DNA of 63,200 nt, filler included, from Circinaria calcarea (Eukaryota): NCBI GenBank assembly GCA_051942165.1. It is 31 parts of 31 records of this genome, joined end to end, with 100 filler letters (N's around TTAATTAATTAA, not from the genome) between each part and the next. Parts side by side here need not be neighbours in the genome. Positions count along the whole stretch, not along the records: positions 10,276 to 12,224 come from JAVECS010004048.1; positions 12,325 to 14,273 come from JAVECS010004049.1; positions 14,374 to 16,321 come from JAVECS010004050.1; positions 16,422 to 18,369 come from JAVECS010004051.1; positions 18,470 to 20,416 come from JAVECS010004052.1; positions 20,517 to 22,462 come from JAVECS010004053.1; positions 22,563 to 24,507 come from JAVECS010004054.1; 24 more parts are not named here. One strand, given 5' to 3'. This document shows, in pieces, positions 10,931 through 22,733 of this stretch. A program made the position numbers and the translations under genes. Under the pieces are notes generated by a model. That model was not told where the DNA came from, did no database searches, and worked only from the letters and a program-made list of their open reading frames with translations. Numbering within the stretch: position 1 is the stretch's first letter; each line of letters starts with the position of its first letter.

Positions 10931-12359
10931 TGATTATGAGATTATTTTTCTCTTATCTAGACTTGAAATCCACCGGTTTTATTTTTTTTTTTTAGTTAAA
11001 ATAAGTTGTAATTCTACTATGTAAAGCTGGATTATCTTTTCTTTATTTCGTAGCTATCATTATCTTGGTTATTACTAGATTTTCACCATCAATTATAAGA
11101 TCTTTTAGATTTTTAGTAAAGTTCAGTCTAGCTCCAGATGTATCACTATCTTTTCTTAATGAAAAAATGAATCTACAATCTTAGATAAATCTGCATGATC
11201 ATAACCTAAAATAGCTTGTATGTTAAGGGATAATATAAATTGAACTGGATACAAAATGTGACGTCTTGTAAAGTAAAAAAAAAAAAGTATAAATTATAAG
11301 GGCGGAACCACCACTAACTATTATACCGTTATCCTTAAACATGCTTAATATACTTATATAGCTAATCTCTTCAAATAAATATATAGTGTGTTGACTAGTA
11401 TAATATTTAGATAAAAATTTATTTTTAATAAATCCCTGGCAAATTCTCTTATAATAAATTGTAACAATATTTAATTTTGCATCATCAGATTTACTCTTAT
11501 AACAATCCATTATTGTTATATTGTAATCCTCTACAACTTTTATTCTCTCTAAAAATAGAAGTAACTTTTTAAAAATCTCATTCTAGCTAATATGTCATTT
11601 GGAATTAAAGGATTAGTAGGTTGGTGCATATATATACTTGCTATAGAATGTAGCTCATCCTTTGGACCTTGTGTTATTGCTGAAAATGCAAAATATGTAT
11701 TAGTTAATTTTCTATTCATTGTACTAATTAATCTTGTTATTGTTTATATAATTTTTTTTTTTGATTAAGCAAAGCGATTACAGAATAAAACTTTCGACTA
11801 GAAAATGCGTTTTCTCCCGTCGTCGAAAGGAAGAAAAGTTAGATGAGAATAAATGAGATTCTTGCATCAAAGGTGTCTTTCCTTCATAACGTCCCGACTA
11901 GGAATTTGACATATGCCCTGTTCCCCCCCAAAAAAAACTTTTCAAGATGTCTTTATTCATAACCAATTTAGAGTCTTGCTTAGTAAAAGCTAACCTTGTT
12001 GAAACCATTGCAAGGCTGACCCCGCACAGCTATGTGGGCAAGCATGTGGATACCCAGTTTACATCACTTTGTAACTTAAAGACACACAAAGTTTCCTAAT
12101 CTGAATCGGCTGGTTTCCGAACAGGAGGGCATGGGTCTATTATGACAAAAACAAAAATAAATTTAAACAACATTATATATAGCTACACTTGCGTTAAAAC
12201 AAATGCTACTACTCGCCTTCATTTNNNNNNNNNNNNNNNNNNNNNNNNNNNNNNNNNNNNNNNNNNNNTTAATTAATTAANNNNNNNNNNNNNNNNNNNN
12301 NNNNNNNNNNNNNNNNNNNNNNNNAACAGCTCCGGAAAAGGTCCAGAGAGTCTACTTAC

Positions 12360-12570
12360 CTCGTGCTAGATCATCCTCAATCTCCAAATCCTTGTCCTTT
12401 GCCGACATGGACAGATAGAGCGCAGTATAGGAGTAACGCTTAGAATGCCGCCCTGAGCTTCGGCCATCATGGGAAGACATTGTGTTCTGGCGAGAGACGG
12501 GTACATATGAAGACGAGGAGGATGTCGACGCTCGTGACATGCGAGGTTGTAGCATCGTCGCAACTGACAT
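12360..12570 (-). CDS. gapA: Ras GTPase-activating protein (GapA/Sar1-type), exon 1
   Basis: SRASTSSSSSYVPVSRQNTMSSHD...SKRYSYTALYLSMSAKDKDLEIEDDLAR followed by a GTAAGT donor at 12359. Matches the recalled N-terminus of filamentous-fungal RasGAP. Confidence 0.85.
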
Positions 12571-15500
12571 GACGGCGAGCGTGATAGGATGACTTTTCTA
12601 CCACAATTGCGGAGAATGGTCAAGGCCAGCGGAGCTTGCTTTTGTACGGGGGTGAGATGTGAGTTTCTATGCAACGCCCTTCCGAGTAGTCTTGGCTAAA
12701 GCCTTGAAATTTGTGCCGGGCTTGCGCAAGTTGTCCTGAATGCTTATATCGTTCCCAAACGTGATGCGCCAGTAGTGACGATGTTCGAAGAGCCCGCCAG
12801 CGGGACTGTTTGATCGATTTGGCAGCTGAGCACCTAGGGTTTGGATACCTGCCGATAGCGACGGTGAGGTTCGCAGCGGCTATAGCTCATATGAATGCCG
12901 CAATTCCTGCATTCAAGGCTATCATTTCGAGTCGGGTGTCGACCGCGCGGCGCGCAGTGGTTAAAGTCGGAGCCTTGTCAATCGGTTGTCACTATCAGGT
13001 TCGGGGTATATCAACAGCATATGGTATTCTATGGTGACGGACAAACGGCTATCTCGACAGCAGAACGGGATCGAGCCTGGCTGTGGGTCGGGGAAAGTTT
13101 GTTAACGTCGAGAGGGTTGGTTAAGAGGGCGACGGTGGTGCTAAGAGAGAGTGCGCCAAGGTAAGGAATGCGGTAAATGCGGTAGGACATCTCAACTGAA
13201 GGCGTCCGCTCGGACCATGTGACACACAGATTCAAAGGGCTTTTTTTGGTGTTTAATTTAGTGCAGCATCCGAATGAGTGGTTGTGTCGAAACACCGATG
13301 AACTCATCTACTATGGAGGACTAAGGTAGCCAGGGGCGATGGCAATCACTTTCGTCCTCGTCCGTCCGTGTTCCTGATCGCCCCACCAAGCCTATTGCGC
13401 TCTAGTCGCCGCACTTGTGCCTGGATTCAAGGCGAGAAGGAGAGGGGGAAAACAGGGAGGATGGTACACTACTCGGAGCACATTCTCCCTTCGACCATCA
13501 CCTGCCCACCTGCCCACCTGCCGTCGAAAAAGGAGACACGAAACAACAGATGAGCAGTCGATGCAGGCAAGCTAAAGTCGCCGTTGAAAGGATGGATGAG
13601 CTGGGAGGCCTTTTCCATCCACCCCCGTCAATGCAGCGACCTTCCTTCAATGTTCTCACCCCAGTTCAAGTCCGATGTTTTGCATACTGTTCTGACTTGT
13701 CGGCTATAATATAGAGCACACGCTTGCCGAGGGTGCGCCCAGCTGCCACCCCATCGCCCACCAAAAGGGGGATGCCTGCCTTTCGGTCCTCCCCCACCGT
13801 GGAGTCGTTCGTCGATGGTGGCGTCATCTACGAGATACCAGCTGTCGATCATTAATGCATGGCTAAATTTAGCCGGGGAATGGCGTCGGCGTTCCTGCAT
13901 CACGCTCCTCTGAAAATCCGTTTCAGCGCCGGCGAACTTCTGAGACCCGGACGAACAAAAGCACGTCAAATCGGCCAATAACGGTTATTTGTTAATCTAC
14001 TGCGCTGGGACGCCCAATTCCCTTTGCGCGCTTAGGTGCATACAGTGTCTCGTTAAGCTACATAACCGGCTGCGCAGGAGCCCTGCTTTTAACCCCCAAT
14101 CTCCACACCCACTTCCATGCAGATAGCCGTTTATGCCACACACAATGGCCGATCCTCTGCGGTGGAGGTAACAAGGGACGGGATTAGCCTATGGCACGGG
14201 TGGCGCCGTGTACATCAGGGCGTCTTGCAAGAGCAACATCTATGTGCTTGATGCATGCTCTAGAATCATCGTTNNNNNNNNNNNNNNNNNNNNNNNNNNN
14301 NNNNNNNNNNNNNNNNNTTAATTAATTAANNNNNNNNNNNNNNNNNNNNNNNNNNNNNNNNNNNNNNNNNNNNGGGTTTGTAAAGGGGGACCAGGCCTTC
14401 TGTTGAGTTGGAAAAAGAGTTTTAGATCTATGTTGCCGAAAGGGAATTAGAATGGAATCGAACGTCCGTACCTATCACCTAGTCATTCGCCCTCATCTCA
14501 GACCCAGGGAACTGAACATGTCGACATCACATGCTGTAAGTAATTTACAAAAGAGAAGAGACAGTAGTCCCTATGTGGGGCTTGCTGCTGTCAAAGCGAA
14601 CTGGAGGCCACTCACTGCTCTCAGCGCTTATATTGTATTGACAACAGCAGTTCCGGAGCATAGCTTGAAGTCAAGCGGGACTCCTACTGTCTGGAACCTG
14701 TATTTAGAGAAGTGGCAAATGCACAGTTGTAGGATACTGCGCGGTTGGAAGATACACCCTCCGCAAGATGGAACGCACTCTCTCTCATTTTTGTTAATCA
14801 TACATGAAGTTTTTTCAGCATTAGTGTGGCGATGGGTTAGGATTTATTTAGAACCGATTATAGCCGGTTGGAACCGATTACAACCGACGAGAAACAGATA
14901 CCAGTAGAAAAAAGCCTTGGCACAAGGCGCAGCAATATTCAACGGCGATGAGCGAGAATCCCGATTAGGTAATTCCTAAATTGGCTTAGCTTGGAGTGCC
15001 AGATCCCCGACCAGAACTGTCTCAACTGCAGACGAGTTCCAGAGCGCAAAAGATGCAATGCTGATATATATGTGAATTACATGAGATTGAAGACTGCACG
15101 CTTTTTGTTGCCGGCGTCCTAGACTACCTAGTAAGTAAACGAGTTGAAACGACCGGAGCCCTTCAGTTGGAGGGCGGGAGGTGAGAACAACGAAACACTG
15201 CAGCAGTTGTAACTAATAGAGAACAAAAAATAGATTCACAAATAGTAAAAGAAACCGAGTAGATTAGATTAGAATGAATGGTGGTTGAAACCGCAATTGG
15301 GTTGTCCCTTCTTCAGTCTTCCTCCCCTGTTTAACATCCCATACAGGCTCGAGAACGGTCCTTGTACACATATATAATTTAAGCGACGACAGCGAGGGAG
15401 CAAGAAAGGAGTAGGATGGAGCCCGAGGGAGTAGGGAGGGAATACAAGGGCAGAGATCGGTGCTGGTGATGGTATTGACGATGTGTTAAAGCATCGCTAG

Positions 15501-15649
15501 CGTTGGTAGAGAAGCAGTATTAGGAAGCAGAGGCAAAGGGGCGGAAGTAAAGGAGTCTCTAGCGCGGAGCAAAGCTGCGGCGCCTCAGCCAGCCGGATAT
15601 CACCTGGAACCTTCAGCTCGGGGAATCTCAAAGGTAGATATATCAAAAC

Positions 15650-16321
15650 TTAATCGGAGAGAAGGTTCTGCTGTAATCCTTCTACATAATCGCCTTCGGA
15701 TATGCAAGAAAATGGCCCCTCGTCCTTTCCATACACCCCAGTATGACCATATGGTCCTTTACTTGAGATTGTCTTTGAGCTTGGCCAAGAACCGTCTGAG
15801 AGGATCTCCCCTAGACTAGTATTGCCATGTACCTGATACCTTCGTGGTTCGAATATCCAATGACCTGCGATTGCCATCAGCTGGACTAGTATAGAAAATA
15901 AAATTATGGGTATCACTCACCGACGAAAATCTCGATGTCAAGATGCGCATTGTATTGTTCTCGTGTCTCCATCAAGTGCCGCACGTGATCGAGTAATACG
16001 AGGAAGTGTTGCCGGCCGTCCTGCGACTGTTGTAAAGGACTCTCGATTTCACAAAGAGCACCGGCTCTGATTTGCACCTCTCCTGTCCATCTGTTGGATG
16101 CAGCATCGAAGAGTTCCAAGCATATTGAGGGCAGTGATATGGAAAGACTGGTGAGTCGAGAACATTGCACGATTTCGCAACAAAAGTGTTTCGCTTTCGG
16201 CGCCGAGGGTATGCTAGAGGGATCAGGATGATCGAAGCCGTTCTGTGATGTAGGCGTGTATTCCAAAACACGGAGGGTTTCCCGGCACGCATTGACAATT
16301 GACATGACACCGTCGATCGTG
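15650..16321 (-). CDS. Hypothetical fungal protein, last two exons
   Basis: Two ORF pieces join in frame across a GTGAGT...CAG intron at 15865-15920 (DIEIFV G|HWIFEPRR...SSKGPYGHTGVYGKDE). Confidence 0.7.
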
Positions 16322-16639
16322 NNNNNNNNNNNNNNNNNNNNNNNNNNNNNNNNNNNNNNNNNNNNTTAATTAATTAANNNNNNNNNNNNNNNNNNNNNNN
16401 NNNNNNNNNNNNNNNNNNNNNGCATACCCAGCACCGCACCCATGCCCAGTAAAGAGTAGATCTGATCTTCTTCGAGCTTTGTGTTGCGGTGCTTCGCCCA
16501 GGACATCCGCTCCTCGATACTAAAATTAGATAGCGCGTCGCCATGAAGGGCATTTCTCGCAATACTTATAATATCATATGAATATCTAAGGGCAATTTTG
16601 GTGGCTGATAATCGGATTAGCCGTGGTTAAGCGATAATC

Positions 16640-16859
16640 TGTAAGGGCTCTACCCGAGAACCCCTACGAACCCTACGGGGGAACTATACACCGAGGTCAC
16701 GAGGTGTTGGCTTAGCGAGAAAGGTTTTCTTCGCGAAACATTACACCAGAATTCTTTAGCAATAATTCATACGCTTACGCGAACCCATTGAGCTCATTAT
16801 CACACAGTTTACCGACCCTTATCGTAAGATCATTGTACTATTCGTAAAGGATCCTTACA
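16640..16859. mobile_element. LTR (family A), copy 1, 220 bp
   Basis: TGTAAGG...CCTTACA inverted termini, alignable end to end with 25926-26128. No clear TSD. Confidence 0.8.
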
Positions 16860-17078
16860 CACTACTGCTGACACCTGCTTAGACAACCCTCCATTTTCAA
16901 ATCCACTTGTAAAAACCAAGCTCTTTCTGCTTTAAAGTAACCCTTGACGCTCAGCAATAAAGGTTTCAGCCAGCCAGAGGCATTTCGGTGTTAAAAATAA
17001 GCCGGTGGGATAAGCATTTCCCTAAGGATTTCCTAGGCCAATTCTCTTACCCACCTCCCCTTTTCATAACCATTGACT

Positions 17079-17185
17079 TTAGCGAACCCTTAGCGAACCC
17101 TTAGCGAACCCTTGGCGTGTCAATTTTTTTGTGCTCTTAGCTCTCGACGTTCGACGATGATGTCCAAAAACCTTAATATGGTAAG
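17079..17185. repeat. Dispersed repeat family B, copy with (TTAGCGAACCC)3 head
   Basis: Three tandem 11-mers at 17079-17111, then the core GTGCTCTTAGCTCTCGACGTTCGACGATG shared with 17705-17789 and 25381-25467. Confidence 0.85.
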
Positions 17186-17681
17186 GGCTACGGAGGAACT
17201 CATAGGCGAGATGCAATCTCCGGGGCAATTATTCCGTAGTGAAGATGTGCTCTTAAGTGAATAGTATATATATTCAGTAGTAAGATGGATGGGATACAGT
17301 GAGAATGGCTGCACGAAGCTAAATAAAGTCTATATACGCCCGTTAAGGGTGGCCTGGGGGCTGATTTATGCCAGGCAGTTTCTGGATGTACCAGACTTTT
17401 TAATAATATTCTTATTATTATTTCTATACCCGGCCAGATACCTTCTTTTTTTTATAATATATATTCATACCACGCATATCTTTCCATTTTCATATATTTA
17501 TCGTGTCCGCAGTAAACACTTCGCTTTACGCTCGACGCTTTAATAATATTTTAATAAAGCCTCGAGATTGTATATATCTGCACTTATTAATTATTTATAT
17601 ATATTAATCAGAGATATAAATAAAAGCCGGTCACTCCTATATATTAAATACTTCTGTAAATTTTCCTTTTTCATGGCACCC

Positions 17682-17703
17682 CAAGGCCTCCAATAGTGCA
17701 GCC
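17682..17703. mobile_element. Isolated TIR of the hAT-like MITE family
   Basis: CAAGGCCTCCAATAGTGCAGCC is a 22/22 match to the reverse complement of the right TIR of the element at 62561-62720. Confidence 0.85.
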
Positions 17704-17704
17704 T

Positions 17705-17789
17705 TTGGCGAGCCCTTAGCGCCCAAAACCCTATAATTTTTTCTGTGCTCTTAGCTCTCGACGTTCGACGATGCAAGTCCAGAAACCCT
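17705..17789. repeat. Dispersed repeat family B, copy 2
   Basis: TTGGCGAGCCCTTAGCGCCCAAAACCCTATAATTTTTTCTGTGCTCTTAGCTCTCGACGTTCGACGATGCAAGTCCAGAAACCCT. Confidence 0.85.
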
Positions 17790-18470
17790 TTTCTGGAATA
17801 GAGGTATCCGCCATACCTTCCCTACCTCCACTCTGACAAATGTCTAAACCCGCTCTCTCTCTCTTCAATCGTCTCCAAAACTCCACTAACTTTCCCAACC
17901 CCCCTCATACACATACACATCTATAATCTAAACCTAGAAAGCAAAAGCCAAAACATCCAACTCTTCATTTCAGTATCCCAGCTCCCGATTTTGCTCAAGA
18001 ATTTTGCTGCATGTTCCCCAAAATCCGAGAATCCAAGAATCCAGATCCCGATGCGGTAAGGTGGGGAGAATAGGAGAATTGGGGGACAAAGAAAAGACGT
18101 ATTAATTCCAATCGTCAAGCTCGCGAGTGTAATCCAATCAGTACCGGTGGTCTGGATAGGTGTGGTGTGGCTTATGTAACCTTTATTTTTTCAATTTTTT
18201 TTTTGGATTATTTATATGGTAATGGGTTGATGGATTTGGGAAATACTTGGCGTTTACAGAGAAAGAAAAAAATTTATGTGAATGTTTAGGCGTTTAGCCC
18301 AGCCCAGCCCAGGCCCAGGCGCCTGGATATCTAGCGATGGGAAAAACGATAAGAAACCAAACCCCTGTCNNNNNNNNNNNNNNNNNNNNNNNNNNNNNNN
18401 NNNNNNNNNNNNNTTAATTAATTAANNNNNNNNNNNNNNNNNNNNNNNNNNNNNNNNNNNNNNNNNNNNA

Positions 18471-19739
18471 TCCACAGCGGATACCGAACAGCATGGTTTC
18501 AGCGGTCCAATACACGTTACCTCTGTCTCTGCCAGTGACCCTAAACGTAAATATGGGCTACGCGAACCGATTCGAGCTGCTTGGACCGAGGTTGGGGTCA
18601 AATATAACCCGTCTCCAAGTTCTGGTACTTTGGCTGGGATGTCCGAATGTCTTGAGAACTGCCATCACGGGCACCGTCAGCCGGCCCATCTTGCGTATAA
18701 TCTAGAAGGTGTAAGAGTTGTTACCGAAGCTATGGCACATCGCGTCATCTTCTCCAAGGACAAAGCCGGGAACCAAGTGGCTTGCGCAGTATTACTTACT
18801 GACGGCAGCCAATTCACGGCACGCAAGGAGATTATTCTTTCAGCCGGAGCGTTGCGAACACCGCAAATCCTGATGCTTTCCGGAATTGGACCAGCAGATA
18901 TGCTATCGAAACATGGCATTCCTGTAATTTCCGAGACTCCCGAGGTCGGGAAAAATCTTTGTGACCATTTCGCCCATTATCAGCTGTGGAAACTACAAAA
19001 CCCGGAGAGGGACCTTGCATTGGGAAGTCCCGGTTTGACAGACCCTGCTTATATCAAGGGCCTGCCATGTGACTGGTCTGTCAATGAAGCAGTCCCAGCT
19101 CACCTTCTAGAAGATGCACTACAGAAAGACAACGTCGAAGAAACGACAAAGTCCGAGGATTCCAATCGCTCGTTACTTGACGCAGGCCGATGTCATCTCG
19201 AAACCTTGGTCGTGTACAGTACCCTTGGCGCACCCGGCGTGCCAATGGACGGAACCTACGTCGCTACCTCCATAATGCTACTTTTACCTACCTCACGCGG
19301 CAGCCTCAGCCTCAGCTCACCCTCACCCACCGATCCACTGGCGGTCAATGCGAACTACTATGCCACAAACGCTGATCGTGTTTCTCTAATATACGGTACC
19401 CGGCGTACTTTACAAGCCTTGTTGGAGACCTCGGCGGGCAAAGCATATATCGAAAGCGAAGTGGGGCCACCCGGGTTTTCGACGCTGAATTCGAAATCTA
19501 CAGACGCAGAGATCGATGCGCGAATTAGGGCCACTGGCACTGCACATTATCATGCTTCAGGCACAGCAGCCATGGGCCGGGTGGTAGACACCGATCTTCG
19601 CGTCTACGGTGTACGTGGTTTACGGGTCACTGACGCGAGTGTGCTACCTGTTCCCATCGGAGGGCATCCGCAGGCGACGCTGTACGCGCTTGCGGAACGG
19701 GCCACGGAGCTGATTCTGCAAAGTCTGCGAGTGAACTGA
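18471..19739 (+). CDS. GMC oxidoreductase (glucose dehydrogenase / aryl-alcohol oxidase-like), 5'-truncated
   Basis: HGFSGPIHV, ARKEIILSAGALRTPQILMLSGIGP, VGKNLCDH, HYHASGTAAMGRVVDTDLRVYGVRGLRVTDAS and GGHPQATLYALAE (His/His catalytic pair). Confidence 0.95.
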   Translation, partial: STADTEQHGFSGPIHVTSVSASDPKRKYGLREPIRAAWTEVGVKYNPSPSSGTLAGMSECLENCHHGHRQPAHLAYNLEGVRVVTEAMAHRVIFSKDKAGNQVACAVLLTDGSQFTARKEIILSAGALRTPQILMLSGIGPADMLSKHGIPVISETPEVGKNLCDHFAHYQLWKLQNPERDLALGSPGLTDPAYIKGLPCDWSVNEAVPAHLLEDALQKDNVEETTKSEDSNRSLLDAGRCHLETLVVYSTLGAPGVPMDGTYVATSIMLLLPTSRGSLSLSSPSPTDPLAVNANYYATNADRVSLIYGTRRTLQALLETSAGKAYIESEVGPPGFSTLNSKSTDAEIDARIRATGTAHYHASGTAAMGRVVDTDLRVYGVRGLRVTDASVLPVPIGGHPQATLYALAERATELILQSLRVN

Positions 19740-19989
19740 CGCGCGGAGGTATAAGACATTAGCAGTTCAGATGGAGCATAAGCTATACTAGGCGTTATTT
19801 TAAACCACAAATTCTTCGTCCAACGATGTCGGTACGCAGTCAGTACTTTTCAGATCTGTAAGAAATTTCAATTATATAATTACAACCACTCTGACCTTCT
19901 CGAACATGCAAAGACCCTCGACCCCCCGATCGACGAATTAAGTCCATGACATGTTTGCAAGTTGGGCAAAACCCCCCCCCTTTTTTTTC

Positions 19990-20066
19990 CATGGCTTCCA
20001 ATAGTGCAGCCTGTGCAGTGCAGAGGACTGTACTGCACTGCACTGCACCGCGCACTGCCAAGGCTT
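19990..20066. mobile_element. Truncated/diverged copy of the hAT-like MITE
   Basis: CATGGCTTCCAATAGTGCAGCCTGTGCAGTGCAG has 3 mismatches in 34 nt to the TIR consensus and is followed by CTGCA units and CTGCCAAG as in 62561-62720. Confidence 0.8.
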
Positions 20067-20516
20067 CATATAAATAGCGTAGAAGCCCCCAACCTTCCAC
20101 TCCACCCCACAGTACCTTTATAGTTGTAATCCATCTCTTCTATGGTCTATAAGACCTCGCCCATAGCCTGTGCTTCCGGACTCAATGCGCGGGGGTAGTG
20201 TTCGAATAGTATAGAAAGGCGGAGGCTGATGTACGAAGGCAAATGGTGAAGGAATAAAGAAAATTCATTCCGCTTAAAGCTTAGTCTATAGCTCAGGGAT
20301 TAATACGGAGCTAAAATTGTAATTAATTATCACGACCTTTTTAGGTGTGGTATTTCTATAAATTACTCGTTATATAGTTAAAGTATATTTAATTCGGCCT
20401 AGCTTTAGGGTTTAAGNNNNNNNNNNNNNNNNNNNNNNNNNNNNNNNNNNNNNNNNNNNNTTAATTAATTAANNNNNNNNNNNNNNNNNNNNNNNNNNNN
20501 NNNNNNNNNNNNNNNN

Positions 20517-21633
20517 GAGCAAAGAACAAGGGATTGAGGGTCGTGGGCTTTTGCGATCTTCGAGATGTTCTTGTCGGCATCTGGGTGATCAATCTTGTTA
20601 AGGGCGATCACGGTGGGGAACTTGATATCTACGAAAGTAGAGACGACGGAGGAGATGGTAGGGGGATCCCAGGTTTCAAGTGGAGTTTTGAGAGAAAGAG
20701 CGTCGAGGGTACGGGATATTGTGGAGGTGGTGGAACCGTAGCCAGAGAATTGGTTTTGGAGTGTATCGACTGCTGTGGCTTCTGAAAGGGTTCAAAGTCA
20801 ATTGATAGCCGGCATAGGAGCCAGAGCAGAGAAGCTTACTGGTTGCTACATGACGACGTTTAAGGGAGCCCCTGGGGAGGGATTAATGGCGATCGAAAAG
20901 AGTTTGAAGCTGGGCGCCATACCACTTTTCCACTAGATTGCCCTCAATCCAGCTGACAATTTCCGACCGTAGCCACACTATATCTTGTGATGGATCATAC
21001 CCTCTCGTGGCCTTTCCTGAGCCCAACGCGCATTAGCCATCACATACCTGGTGGAACCTTCCTATACCTTATGGTGAGAACCTCTCATCCTCACCTTCGG
21101 CGTCTGTAGTCCCACTGACGTCCACCACATGTATCAGTGCATCTGCATGCCGTAAATCGTCAAGAAACTTGTTCCCCAATCCTTTTCCTTCGTGCGCCCC
21201 AGGTACCAATCCGGCAACATCGAGTAGCTCTATAGGTACGGATCTTTTGCCACCGACACAGGACCCATAGTTCGGTTTGCACCGGTCCGAAACATTGAAG
21301 CGAGCGCAGGCGCAGGAGATTTGCAGATAGCCAATGGCTCTCTGGGGGTCGATGGTGGTGAAGCTATTGGAAACCGAGTTAAGTATCCTATATCTTGAGG
21401 GAAGTCTGGCAACAAAGCTTACGGGAAGTTACCTAAGGGGCGGTATTAGTGGGAGTGCCATGTTGAGCTCGTAATGTTGACTTGCCAACTTTCGAGCTTG
21501 CGTCTGTCAAACTGTAGTAGCTCTTTTAGAAGAATCCAGGAGCATCGAGAAAGTAGTTTGCAAACCTATTCAGCGTGGTTGATTTGCCTGACGAAGGCTT
21601 CCCAACTAAGCCTATGAGTGGATCTCGAGGCAT
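20517..21633 (-). CDS. Obg-family GTPase, YGR210C-like, seven exons visible, 3'-truncated (not in ORF track)
   Basis: Spliced translation [47 protein letters not shown]...[42 protein letters not shown]...[11 protein letters not shown] contains the G1-G4 motifs. Confidence 0.95.
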
Positions 21634-22562
21634 GGCACCTGATAGCAATCTTTGGAGCTGGAAGAGGCGCGAGAATTACCGTTATCGATTCGCCTTATTG
21701 TACGACAAGGTTCATAGGGCTATCGAGTCCACATGGCTGGAGACGCTTTAGCGAAGCCACCTGCTTTGTAAAAAGGTTTACTACGTCCCTATTCGACCAT
21801 CCTCGACCACTCCATACCAGAAAAGAACGTCAAATCTACGGAGTACAGGGGGTCTAAAACCCCTCGATGCATGAATAGAGCAGCTGCTTGATTAAACGTA
21901 CAAAAACGTCATGTTTCCTTCAATCTCATTGGTAAGTGGATTGGATCGAAAGTCACGAGAGGTCTAGTCACTTTCTTCCTTAATTGCCTTTTCCTACTCA
22001 AAGGGAACACTGTTGTCTCTGTCATTATTTTACTAAAGCTCCTTTGTCCAAGATTCGTAAATATTGGTTTTCTTTTCGAGCTAATGAGAGATAATGCAGT
22101 CGGTTGTGTTTCTACTGCAGGGTATTGGGACGTTTGGCCTGACTAGCGATGCAACAAATCCGGTAGGTCACAACTTCTTCTTCTCCATCTTCATCTTTCA
22201 TCAATAGCATCATATCTTTGCTTTATTGAAACCTAGGTCTATCTTCCTCATCTCTCTGCCCCTGATGTCCATTGTGCTTCTTCCTTTTTCGTTCAAGCAC
22301 CGGCTGCGCCTCTCCTCGCCCAGAAGAAGTCTCGACTGAACCCCCTATCCCCTTGCATCTATAATACTAAGTATAGTAAACGCTCATAACACTCAGAAAA
22401 ACACAACCTCCAACATCATAACTCTAAACGTAGGTTCCCCATTCCCATCCCCACCTCAAACCNNNNNNNNNNNNNNNNNNNNNNNNNNNNNNNNNNNNNN
22501 NNNNNNTTAATTAATTAANNNNNNNNNNNNNNNNNNNNNNNNNNNNNNNNNNNNNNNNNNNN

Positions 22563-22733
22563 GTGAGGAGCTTCATTGTCTGTTTATGTTGGTGTTTGAA
22601 AATGCCGAGATTGTGGATTCAAGCTTTGATGCTTTGGACTGACTGGATGAGATTGATGGTTGGAGGAGGAGGAGAAGATTGATCTTGGATGATGATGAGG
22701 AAAGAGAAGAAGGGAAGAAGGGGTGCTTATATA
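22563..22733 (-). promoter_or_regulatory. TATA box, leader and start codon of a probable secreted-protein gene
   Basis: TATATAAG at 22733-22726, a CT-rich tract, an A-rich Kozak context (AAACAGACA-ATG at 22576) and an MKLL start, cut by the contig end. Confidence 0.55.

Noticed and set aside
15106..15602. Possible ~500-bp solo LTR (TG...CA, internal TATA-like tract)
   Set aside because: The terminal inverted match is weak, and there is no TSD and no second copy in the window.
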